DNA from: Actinomycetota bacterium | GTDB taxonomy: Bacteria > Actinomycetota > Acidimicrobiia > Spongiisociales > UBA11373 | Direction of reading: 5' to 3' | NCBI GenBank assembly: GCA_043810615.1 | Contig: JBDROA010000181.1 | Coordinates: 1-60,900, forward strand | DNA: 60,900 nt | Shown here: in pieces, positions 34,311 to 44,000 of the stretch | Position numbering within the stretch: the first letter of the stretch is position 1 | Layout of the letters: each line of letters starts with the position of its first letter | Program-made: the position numbers and the translations under genes | Notes under the pieces: model-generated | Seen by the model: only the letters and a program-made list of their open reading frames with translations | Told to the model about the DNA's origin: nothing | Databases searched by the model: none

Positions 34311-36719
34311 CTAATTCCGCAACGGCTTGCCCTTCTCCAGCATGTGCAGGATGCGGGCGAGGGTTCTTTCTTCTCCGCAGAGGCTTAGGAAGGCCTCCCG
34401 TTCCAGGTCGAGCAGTTGCTGCTCGCTCAACTCGGTCCCGGCGGGCACCTCGCCGCCGCAGATGATGTGGGCCAGCTTGTGGCCCAGGTGCTGGTCGTAC
34501 TCCGTCAGGAAGCCACCCATCTTCATGGTGTGGATGGCGATCCTGAGGGCGGCGATGCCGCCGGCGCCCGGCACCGGGATGGGCCGTGCCAGCGGCGGCC
34601 GGTAGCCGGTGGTCACCATGGCGAGCACGTCGGCTTTGGCGTCGGCCAGCAGAGCTTCCGGGTTCAGCGAGAGCCGGTCGGTGGGCTTCAAAAAGCCGTA
34701 CTGCCGCGCCTCCTCGGCGCTGGTGGACACCTTGGCCATCCCGATGGTGGTGAATACCTTCTCCATGAAGGGGAAGAGGTCTGCCTTCACCCCGTGAGGG
34801 ATGCTGCCGTAGTGGCGCAGCGCCATCTCCTTGCAGCCGCCCCCGGCGGGGACGAGGCCCACGCCGAGCTCGACCAGGCCCAGGTACGACTCGGCCGAAG
34901 CTCGCACCGCGTCGCCGTGCATGACGCACTCGCAGCCGCCGCCCAGGGCCATGCCCCGTGGGGCGACGACCACCGGGCCGGTGCAGTACTTCATCTTCAT
35001 GTGGGCGTCCTGGATACCCTTGACCGCCGTCTCGATGCCGGCCCAGTCCTGGTTCATGGCCAGCATGGCGACCAGGCCCACGTTGGCCCCCACCGAGAAG
35101 TTGGGAGCCTCGTTGCCCACCACCAGGCCGGCCAGTTCGCCGGCGTTCACCCGCTCGCAGGCGATGCCGAGCATCTCGATGATCTGGCCGTCGATGGAGT
35201 TCATCTTGGTATGGAACTCCACGCATCCGACACCGTCGCCCATGTCGTAGAGGGTGGCGCCTTCGTTGCGGGCGATGACCGCCTGGCGCTCGGCCAGGGC
35301 GGGCAGGTACAACAGCCGGGGGTCGGTGGGGACGGGCCGGTACTCGGTGGCCGCCACGTCCCAGTAGTGCCGGACGCCGTTGCGCTTCACGTACCAGGTG
35401 CCTTCCCCCTTGGACAGCAGGGTCTCGACGATCGGCGGCACCGCCATGCCCTCGTCCCGCATGCGCTGCACCGAGCGCTCCACGCCGATGGCGTCCCAGG
35501 TCTCGAAGGGGCCCAACTCGTAGTTGAAGCCCCAGCGCAGCGCCCGGTCGACGTTGACGATGTCTTCGGCGATCTCGCCGAGCAGTTGGGCGGCGTAGGC
35601 GGCGATCTCGGCGGTCACATTCCAGGCGAGGCGGCCGTGGGGGTCGTCGAACCAGACCATCTCGCGGATCTTGTCGCCCACCGCCTCGTGCTTTCGGGCG
35701 GCGCCGATGGCCGCGAGGCGGGTCTCCGGCTGGTCGGCGTACTCCAGGGTGTTCAGGTCGATCGCCTGGATCTTGCTCCCGCTCGGGTCGCGCACCTTCT
35801 TGTAGAACCCGGCACCGGCCTTGGCGCCCAGCATCCCCTTGGCCACCATCTGGCGCAAAAACTCGGGCACGGTGAAGCGGTCCCGCCAGGGGTCGTCGGG
35901 GCAGCCCTCGGCGATGGTGCCGATGACGTGGGCCATGGTGTCGAGGCCCACGATGTCGGCGGTGCGAAATACCGCGGAGGAGGGCCGGCCCATGGTGGGC
36001 CCGAACACCTTGTCGGCCTCGACCACGCCGATGCCCAGTTCCTTCATCCAGTGGACGGTGGAGACGATGCCGAACACCCCGATGCGGTTGGCCACGAAGT
36101 TGGGGGTGTCCTTGCCGTAGACGATGCCTTTGCCCAGCACGGTCTCCCCGAAGCGGGCCATCTCGGCGAAGAGGCCCGGGTCGGTGTCGGCGCAGGGGAT
36201 CATCTCCAGCAGGCGCATGTAACGCACCGGGTTGAAGAAGTGGGTCACCATGAAGTGGCGGCGGAAGTCCTCGCTCCGCCCTTCGGCCATGGCGGCCACC
36301 GAAAGCCCCGAGGTGTTCGAGGAAACGATGCTCCCCGGCTTGCGGTGCTTCTCGACGTCGGTGAAGACCCGCTGTTTGATGTCGAGGCGCTCCACCACCA
36401 CCTCGACGATCCAGTCGCATTCACCGATGCGCTCCATGTCGTCGAGGTAGTTGACCGGGGTGACGAGCGAGGCCAGGTCGGCGCGGTAGAGCAGTGCCGG
36501 GCTCGACTTGACCATGGCCGCCACGCCGGCGTCGGCGATGCGGTTGCGCACCGTTCGGCTCTGCAGCGTCAGGCCCTTCTTCTGCTCGTCGGCGGTGAGT
36601 TCGCCGGGAGCGATGTCGAAGAGGTATGAGGGGATGCCGGCGTTGGCCAGGTGGGCGGCGATTCCCTGCCCCATCACCCCGGCCCCCAGCACGGCTACCC
36701 GCTTGATCCGGATGCCCAT
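34311..36719 (-). CDS. 3-hydroxyacyl-CoA dehydrogenase / enoyl-CoA hydratase fusion (about 800 aa, FadB/FadN-like)
   Basis: N-terminal Rossmann VAVLGAGVMGQGIA, followed by HCDH and crotonase-like regions. Lies upstream of the thiolase. Confidence 0.9.
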   Translation of the reverse strand: MGIRIKRVAVLGAGVMGQGIAAHLANAGIPSYLFDIAPGELTADEQKKGLTLQSRTVRNRIADAGVAAMVKSSPALLYRADLASLVTPVNYLDDMERIGECDWIVEVVVERLDIKQRVFTDVEKHRKPGSIVSSNTSGLSVAAMAEGRSEDFRRHFMVTHFFNPVRYMRLLEMIPCADTDPGLFAEMARFGETVLGKGIVYGKDTPNFVANRIGVFGIVSTVHWMKELGIGVVEADKVFGPTMGRPSSAVFRTADIVGLDTMAHVIGTIAEGCPDDPWRDRFTVPEFLRQMVAKGMLGAKAGAGFYKKVRDPSGSKIQAIDLNTLEYADQPETRLAAIGAARKHEAVGDKIREMVWFDDPHGRLAWNVTAEIAAYAAQLLGEIAEDIVNVDRALRWGFNYELGPFETWDAIGVERSVQRMRDEGMAVPPIVETLLSKGEGTWYVKRNGVRHYWDVAATEYRPVPTDPRLLYLPALAERQAVIARNEGATLYDMGDGVGCVEFHTKMNSIDGQIIEMLGIACERVNAGELAGLVVGNEAPNFSVGANVGLVAMLAMNQDWAGIETAVKGIQDAHMKMKYCTGPVVVAPRGMALGGGCECVMHGDAVRASAESYLGLVELGVGLVPAGGGCKEMALRHYGSIPHGVKADLFPFMEKVFTTIGMAKVSTSAEEARQYGFLKPTDRLSLNPEALLADAKADVLAMVTTGYRPPLARPIPVPGAGGIAALRIAIHTMKMGGFLTEYDQHLGHKLAHIICGGEVPAGTELSEQQLLDLEREAFLSLCGEERTLARILHMLEKGKPLRN

Positions 36720-36997
36720 GAACCCTCCTCGCTCGGGGTCCCGGCAGTGTGCCGGGCCGCGTCTCGGGCCTCCCGGGCTTGGGGAGGGCTCGCCGCGTGG
36801 GCCGGCGGCGACACCCGGCCGCCCCGGGACTTTGTATGTCCGCTCAAAATTGTAGATGAACCGGAGGGGCTCCCGCGTGCCGACAGAGGGTTTTCTCGAG
36901 AACCGGCCGGCGGGGGGAGCGGAACGGGCGTAATGAGGCCGCGAAGAGCATCACCCTGCAGTTCGACCACGAGCCGGATCGTGATCCCGGGGCGGGC

Positions 36998-37423
36998 CTA
37001 TCGACGGGGGGTCTCCGCCTCTCTCAGGGCCTTGCGCCCCACGATGCGGGCCCACCACATGAAACCGGCCAGGGCGATGGAGCCGAGGGCGATCAGCCAG
37101 TCGAACCAGACGTCGGTGGGGACCTTGTCGCCCACAGCGTTCACCAGCGTGGCGAAAGCCACCAGGGTGGCCTCGAAGGCGAACAGGGTCACCAGGGTGC
37201 TCTGGCGGGCCGGCTTGCGGATCACCAGGAGGGCGGCCACGGCCAGGGTCACCATCATGGCCCCGGTCATCCGGGTCGAGGCATAGGCCCTCTCGTAGAG
37301 GGGGTCGGCTCCGCCGATGGTCACCCAAAGGGCACGGGGGAAGGTGAGCATGAACAGGCCGGCGAGGCCGTTGAGGCCGGCATAAGCGAGCAGGGCGGTA
37401 CCCAGGGTGGCCGCGGGGGTCAT
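36998..37423 (-). CDS. small integral membrane protein (about 4 TM)
   Basis: ATG 37423 preceded by GGAGGAAG. 141 aa, hydrophobic. The remainder of ORF 36998..38530 is shadow frame. Confidence 0.65.
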   Translation of the reverse strand: MTPAATLGTALLAYAGLNGLAGLFMLTFPRALWVTIGGADPLYERAYASTRMTGAMMVTLAVAALLVIRKPARQSTLVTLFAFEATLVAFATLVNAVGDKVPTDVWFDWLIALGSIALAGFMWWARIVGRKALREAETPRR

Positions 37424-37667
37424 CTTCCTCCGGGACGGGCGAGCGGCGGCGGTGGCGTCGCCGGAGGCCGGGGCCGAACCGGGCAGGGAGGTCTCGAAGG
37501 GATCCGACAACCGCTGCTCCTTTCGTCGGGTGGGATGGTAGGAGGTCCGTCGGCGGGGCGGGGAGCCGTGTCGTTGCCTGTTGCGCGACAGCGCGGGAGG
37601 GGCGCGGCCGCCCGGCCGCATGTGAGTTCCTCCTTCGCGCCGTGCCGCCGTGGGGCATACTTCCCAC

Positions 37668-38826
37668 ATGAGACGCGCCCTTGCTCTCCTGCTCCCGGCG
37701 TTGTTCCTGGCGTCGTGCGGCGATGATGCCGGGGTTCTCCCGACCACCGTTGCGGCCTCGAGCACCTCCGAGCCGGCCTCCACAACCACGAGCGACACCG
37801 CGGTGCCCACCACCGCAGTCTCGACGACGACTGAGGCGGCATCGATCACGACAACGACCCTGGCGGCGGTCGCGTCGTGGGCGGACCTGCTCGACGGCCG
37901 CGTGGTGTGGGGGGAGTGGGACACCGGACACGAGTTGCGCACCCTGTGGGCCGAGGGGTTGGGCAATACGGGGCTGATCGCCCACATGGGGTTCTGCGTG
38001 GGCGACGCGGGTGGCGGCTGCGGCTGGGAGCTGGTCTTCGCCTCCCATCCCATCGACCCGCCCCAGTCGGTGGGAGGCGGTTTCGACGGCTTCATCGCCC
38101 TGGTGCGGCCGTTGGGTGGCAACCCCGAGTCGTTCCTGGTGCTGGATGCGGTGGACCTGGTGGTCCCGCCCGGCACCGGCATCCCGGGCATCATCGGGGC
38201 CACCTCCGACGGCCCGTGGTGGGCAGTGGAATTGGGCTTCGCCGCTGGGGGGGCCGGTGGTGTTGCGCGCCTGGATGCCCAACATGACATCCGACGCTCT
38301 CGTGGAGGTGGATCCGGGGTCCGGGGCCCTGCCCGAGGTGTCGTCTGTCCCATCCGCCGGGTCCGTGGTGGGCCGGGTGGTGACGGCGCAGCCCTACCTG
38401 TCGGCACCGGGGGACACCTCGCGAACGATCGACCTGTCCGAAGGGGGGCCGGTGCTGCTGGAGGGGTTCTGGGACCTGGGCGGGCGGATACTCGACGGGG
38501 GCGGCGGCCTCGGCTGGCAGGCGAGGGCACTCGGAGAACCTGCCCGGGTGGCCTGGGTGGAGCAGTGGTTGGGATGGACCTACACCGGGCATGCCCTCTG
38601 GCTCATCGGTGACGCCGTGGAGTTCGCGGCGGTGGCGGAGGCGGTCCCGGGGTACTTCTGTTCCCATGAGCCGTCGGGCGCCTATGCCATCGCCCTGGTG
38701 GATCCCATGGACTGCGACTTCTGCCCGGTGGTGTCGGCGGAGGCCTGGCGGATAGATCCGGGGACGTGGACATTCGATCCGGTCCCTCCGGGTGAGGTCT
38801 CGTGCTACTGCGAGTGCGGGGGCTGA
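37668..38826 (+). pseudogene. lipoprotein whose reading frame is split at a G7 tract (38247-38253)
   Basis: Lipobox LFLASC plus a Thr/Ser linker in frame 0. The protein-like sequence continues in frame +1 to 38826. Removing one G fuses ...GFAAGG with PVVLRAWMPNMTSD... Confidence 0.6.
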
Positions 38827-38878
38827 CAGACCGGGTGCGAGTCCTCATGCCTGATCGCATGACGCAGCTGCTACGCGA

Positions 38879-39106
38879 GTGACGGACGACCTGGTTGCCC
38901 TGGTCGATCGTCTCGTGGACGAGGGGATCGTGGCCTCGAGGTCCGCAGCCGTTCACCGGGGGCTCCAGATCCTCGTCGACCGGGAGCGCCGGCGCCGGAC
39001 CGGCGAAGCCATCGTGCGCGGCTACCAGGCCCTTCCTCAGACCGACGAGGAGGTCCGCTGGGCCGATGAGGCGACGCGGCGGATGATTGCCCAGGAGCCC
39101 TGGTGA
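38879..39106 (+). CDS. ribbon-helix-helix (CopG/MazE-like) antitoxin
   Basis: TDDLVALVDRLVDEGIVASRSAAVHRGLQILV... The stop overlaps the toxin GTG. The N-terminal beta-strand seems to be missing unless the upstream ATG (38859) frame is joined. Confidence 0.65.
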   Translation: MTDDLVALVDRLVDEGIVASRSAAVHRGLQILVDRERRRRTGEAIVRGYQALPQTDEEVRWADEATRRMIAQEPW

Positions 39107-39411
39107 TCCGGGGACAGGGCGAGATCTGGTGGGCCGAGGCCGGGGACAAGCGGCGCCCCGTCGTGGTGCTCACCCGGTTCGAGGCCGTCCCGGGACCGAC
39201 GTGACTGGTCGTCGCCCCCATCACGCGCGCGGTGCGCGGCATCCCGACCGAGATACCGGTGGGACCCGACCAGGGCCTGCCGGTGGAGTCGGCGGCGTCG
39301 TTCGACAACCTGCAGCCGATCGGGCGGGCCTTCCTGACGCAGCGGGTCGGGGCGTTGCCCGGGCCGCTCGCTCAGAGCCGCCGCGCCCTGAGCGCCCGCG
39401 CCGACCTCTGA
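39103..39411 (+). pseudogene. PemK/MazF-family toxin interrupted by an in-frame TGA (39202-39204)
   Basis: VIRGQGEIWWAEAGDKRRPVVVLTRFEAVPGPT-stop-LVVAPITRAVRGIPTEIPVGPDQGLPVESAASFDNLQPIGRAFLTQRVGAL..., all in a single frame. Confidence 0.7.
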
Positions 39412-39422
39412 GTCGACGCGTC

Positions 39423-39779
39423 CTACGGCCCCCCCACCCGCCGACGGATGAACGCGTAGGCGGTTGGAGTTCCCTCGTACATCGGCACCAGGCCGGTCTC
39501 CTGGTGGACGAGCTCGCCGCGCACGCGGACCTCGAGGGGGTAGGGGCAGGGGTCGCCGCCCGGGATCTCGTAGCGCTGCACGGAGGCGGAGGACCTTCCG
39601 GGAGAGGCCCCTCCTGTGGGCCGGAAGACGTTCTCGACGTGGGGCCCGGTGTCGCCCGCAGCCGGGATGTCGTCCAGGTCGAGGCACCCGCCGCTCGCCG
39701 ACCAGCGGTCGGCATGGTTGATCCGTAGGCCGGAGGGCTCGTTGACGCGGAGGGCGAGGTCGGAGTCGGTGTCCCACAT
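39423..39779 (-). CDS. hypothetical protein
   Basis: 118-aa ORF with balanced composition and GC-rich third positions. The upstream region may belong to it in another frame. Confidence 0.4.
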   Translation of the reverse strand: MWDTDSDLALRVNEPSGLRINHADRWSASGGCLDLDDIPAAGDTGPHVENVFRPTGGASPGRSSASVQRYEIPGGDPCPYPLEVRVRGELVHQETGLVPMYEGTPTAYAFIRRRVGGP

Positions 39780-40416
39780 GAGCGTTGCCTGTGGTGTCGC
39801 CTGTGCCGACGGTCAGAAGGGGCGGGACGGCCGATGTGGTCGTCGTGTGGTGCCCGCGCCGATCGTCGTGGTGGCGGGCCGCGTGCTGGTGGGCGCCGCG
39901 CTCGTGGTCGTCGAACTCGCCGGAGCGGGTGAGGGCCCACTGCAGGCGGCGAGGGTCGGGAACCGACGACCCGGAGGAGTACGGGGTGCGACCCCGGGAG
40001 CTCGCCGAGATCCCGGCCCACTGGGGCGGGGCCCCGGCGACGGTGCCGGCCGGCGACCTCAACCCCAGGCAGGGGGAGCCCGCCGACTGGAACCCGCCCC
40101 GGGTGCCGGGAGAGTGCGGGGAGATGGCGAGACTGCTCGGGGCGGACTTCAGCAGTGCCGGCGACCTGGAAGCCTGCAATGTCCCGACCTTAAACGACAA
40201 ATGCAGCGACTACATCCTGGTAGGCCGTGGCTTCCTTCAATCCCCCTGATCGTGGGCGGCCACTTCGACGATCACCGGATGCTCGTCGCCGCCGTGGCCG
40301 GGCGGTAGGCCGGGAGGCCGGTCGGGCGGCTGGTGAGCCGGGGCGGTGGGGGGCGCCGCCGGGATCCTCTCCCGGGAAGCGCTTTCTCGCTAGGCTTCAA
40401 GTCAGGCCCGACTTCG

Positions 40417-40743
40417 ATGACACACTGGTGCATTCAAAGCTTCCCCTACCCGGTGCCGGAGGTGTTCGACGCCGCGGTGGCCGCGGCGTCGGATCTGGGC
40501 TTTGGCATCAACCAGGTCGACCGAGCGGGCGGGCACCTCTACCTCGCGCAGTCTCGGAGCCTCGGCCGGCGTGACCGGCAGTTCGCCCTGTCGTTCACGG
40601 ACAGCGGTCTGGGGACCACTGTGACGCATGTCTCCTGGGGGCCGGGCCGGACGCTGCCGTGGCCTATGTCCTCGCCGGGCAGGAGGGCTTCCCGGCTCTG
40701 CAGGCACATGAGGACGATCCTGGCGGCCGGAGCCTGCCGCTGA
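40417..40743 (+). CDS. hypothetical small cytoplasmic protein
   Basis: ATG 40417 (MTHWCIQSFPYPVPEVFDAAVAAASDLGFGINQVDRAGGHLYL...). No signal peptide. Lies upstream of the nuclease gene. Confidence 0.4.
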   Translation: MTHWCIQSFPYPVPEVFDAAVAAASDLGFGINQVDRAGGHLYLAQSRSLGRRDRQFALSFTDSGLGTTVTHVSWGPGRTLPWPMSSPGRRASRLCRHMRTILAAGACR

Positions 40744-41091
40744 TGCGCGGGGCGCAAGTCCTCGCGCGGTAGTTGATGGCAGGCCGGAGAGGCGCCGACC
40801 GGCGAGCACTCGAAACGCGCGAAGCGGCCCGGCCGGATCCGATCCGGCGACTTCACCCTCAGCAGGGAAGGAGGGACGGGTGTGCCGGGGGCGGGGGGGC
40901 CTCGCCGAGCGACACACGACGGCGGTCTCAGGACCCCGGGCCGAGAAGCCGGAATCGTCCGTCTCCCGCCCGACTGCACGGCGCAGAGGGCCCGGGGCTT
41001 CGGGCAGGGTTTACCGACCGAAGGTAGATTGGCGGCCGGGATCGGGCCCTGCAGCGGGCCCGGCCCGTGCCGAGCGCCGGGGAGGTGCGTC

Positions 41092-44000
41092 ATGCGGGGT
41101 CTGTTCTCGAGGTTGGGCGTCGGTTTGCTAGCCGTGCTCCTGGCAACGGCTCTCCTGCCGATGGCCGCGACGACTGCGTACGCGGCGGACCTGTTCTTCT
41201 CGGAGTACGTCGAGGGGAGCGGCTACAACAAGGCGTTGGAGATCTACAACGCCACCGGTGCTGCGGTAGACCTGACAGCCGGTGGCTACGCCGTAGACAT
41301 GTACTTCAACGGCAACACCGCCGTGGGCAGAACGGTCACCCTGACCGGGACGGTTGCCGGCGGCGACGTGTTCGTCGTGGCGGGAGTGCAGCCGACTACC
41401 GACCCGGCGATCCTGGCCACGGCCGACCAGACCGACATCACCACCAGTTGGTTCAACGGTGACGACGCGGTGGTGCTGCGCAAAGGCGGCGTTGTCCTCG
41501 ACGTCATCGGCCAGGTCGGCTTGGACCCGGGGACGGAGTGGGGGACGGGGGTCACCAGCACCGGCGACAACACCCTGCGGCGCAACGCCGCGGTGTGTGC
41601 CGGCGACCCCGACGGGTCCGACGCCTTCGACCCCTCCCTCGAATGGTCCGGGTATGCCCAGAACACCTTCGACGGCCTGGGGGCGCACACCTCCGACTGT
41701 CTGGTGGCGCCTCCCCCCCTCGATCCCGTGATCAACGAGTTCGTGGCGAACATCACCGGTACCGACAACATCGAGTACGTCGAGATCTACGGGGAGCCGA
41801 GCACCGACTACTCGGCCTACACCGTGCTGGAGATCGAGGGCGACGACCCCGGCTCGGGCGTGGTGGACGAGGTCATCGCCGTCGGTACCACCGACGCCAA
41901 CGGCTTCTACCTGGTGAACCTGGCGGCGAACGCCCTGGAGAACGGCACGATCACCCTGCTGCTGGTGGAGGGCTTCACCGGCGCCCTGACCGACGACCTG
42001 GACACGGACAACGACGGGGTGTTCGACGTCACTCCGTGGACCTCCGTAGTCGACGCAGTGGCGGTGAACGACGGCGGGGCGAGTGATCGTACCTACGGGG
42101 TCCCCTCCCTCGGGGTTGCCTACGACGGGCTTGCGTTCGCTCCGGGCGGGGCCTCGCGGATCCCCGACGGCCTCGACACCGACACCGCCGCCGACTGGGT
42201 GCGCAACGACTTCGACCTGGCGGGGATCCCCGGGTACGTCGGGACGCCGGTGCCGGGCGAGGCCTACAACACGCCGGGCGCCACGAACCAGGCGGTGGTC
42301 CCGCCCCCGGAGGCGTGTGGCGACCCCTACACGCCGATCTATCAGGTGCAGGGGAGCGGCCTCGCCAGCCCCCTGGCGGGCACCGAGGTGGCGGTGGAAG
42401 GCGTCGTGGTCGGCGACTTCCAGACCGGGGGTCTCAACGGCTACTACCTCCAGGACCCGGTGGGCGACGCCGACGCCACCACCTCCGACGGCATCTTCAT
42501 CTACGCCCCGGGCGGCACGGCCGTGAACGTGGGCGACGGGGTGCGAGTGCGCGGCGCGGTCAGCGAGTACTACGGCCTGACTCAACTCACCGCGGGACAG
42601 GTGTGGATCTGCTCGACGGCCAACGCCGTCGCCGCCACACCGCTCACCCTGCCGGTGGCGAGCCTCGACGACTTCGAGCCCTACGAGGGCATGCTCGTGA
42701 CCTTCCCGCAGGCCCTGGTCATTTCGGAGTTCTTCAACTTCGACCGCTACGGCGAGATCGTGCTCACGACTACCCGCCAGCACCAGCCGACGGCGGTGTA
42801 CGAACCGGGATCGTCCGAGGCCGCCAACCTGGCCGCAGCAAACCTGTTGAGCCGCATAACATTGGATGACGGCCGGACGACGCAGAACCCCGACCCGGCG
42901 CGCCATCCCAACGGAGCGACCTTCGACCTCGACAACCGGTTCCGCGGCGGCGACACGGTGGCCGACGTCACCGGCGTCCTCGACTACTCGTTCGGGCTGT
43001 ACCGCATCCAGCCCACTCTGGGGGCCAACTACACCGAGGCCAACCCGCGCCCGGCGGAGCCGGACGATGTGGGCGGCACCCTCAAGGTGGCCGCCTTCAA
43101 CGTCTTGAACTACTTCACGACCCTGGGCAGCCGGGGGGCCGGCGACGCCGAGGAGTTCACGCGGCAGCGGACCAAGATCATCGCGGCGCTCGTCGCGATC
43201 GACGCCGACGTGGTCGGTCTCACCGAGATCGAGAACAACACCGCGGCGATCCAGGACCTGGTGGACGGCCTCAATGTCGCGATGGGCGCCGGGACCTACG
43301 CCTACATCGACACCGGGGTCATCGGGATCGACGAGATCAAGGTGGCCCTCATCTACAAGCCGGCTACGGTCTCACCCCTGGGCGACTACGCCGTCCTCGA
43401 CTCGTCGGTGGACCCGAGGTTCATCGACACCAAGAACCGCCCGGTGCTGGCGCAGGCCTTCTCGGACGTCTCCGGGTTCGGGATCTTCACGGTGGCGGTC
43501 AACCACCTCAAGTCGAAGGGATCGGACTGCAACGACGTGGGTGACCCCGATCTCGGCGACGGCGCGGGCAACTGCAACCTGACCCGGGAAGCCGCGGCGG
43601 AGGCCCTGGTGGACTGGCTGGCGACCGATCCGACCGGCAGCGGCGACGAGGACTTCCTGATCATCGGGGACCTGAACTCCTACGACAAGGAGGACCCGAT
43701 CGACGCGCTGCGCGCCGGTGGGTACACCGACTTGCTCGACCTGTACCTGGGCGAGTTCACCTACGCCTACCTGTTCGACGGGCAACTGGGGTACCTCGAC
43801 CACGCCCTGGCCGGTGCCGGGGTAGTGGACGAGGTCACCGGGACGACCGTGTGGCACATCAATGCCGATGAGCCCGACCTGCTGGACTACGACACGACGT
43901 TCAAGCTGCCCGCCCAGGACGCCCTCTACGAGCCGAACGCCTACCGGTCGTCCGACCATGATGCGATCATCGTGGGCCTCGACCTGGATCCCGACGCCGA

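Noticed and set aside
34210-36629. 736/737-aa ORFs on both strands overlapping the fadB-like gene
   Set aside because: Alternative frames of a gene with a clear Rossmann and crotonase signature. Compositions are Arg/Gly/His/Pro-rich.
39202-39204. TGA in the MazF-like gene as selenocysteine or programmed readthrough
   Set aside because: No SECIS-like hairpin immediately downstream. The position is not a Cys/Sec site in this family. The partner antitoxin also looks damaged. A nonsense mutation is the simpler reading.
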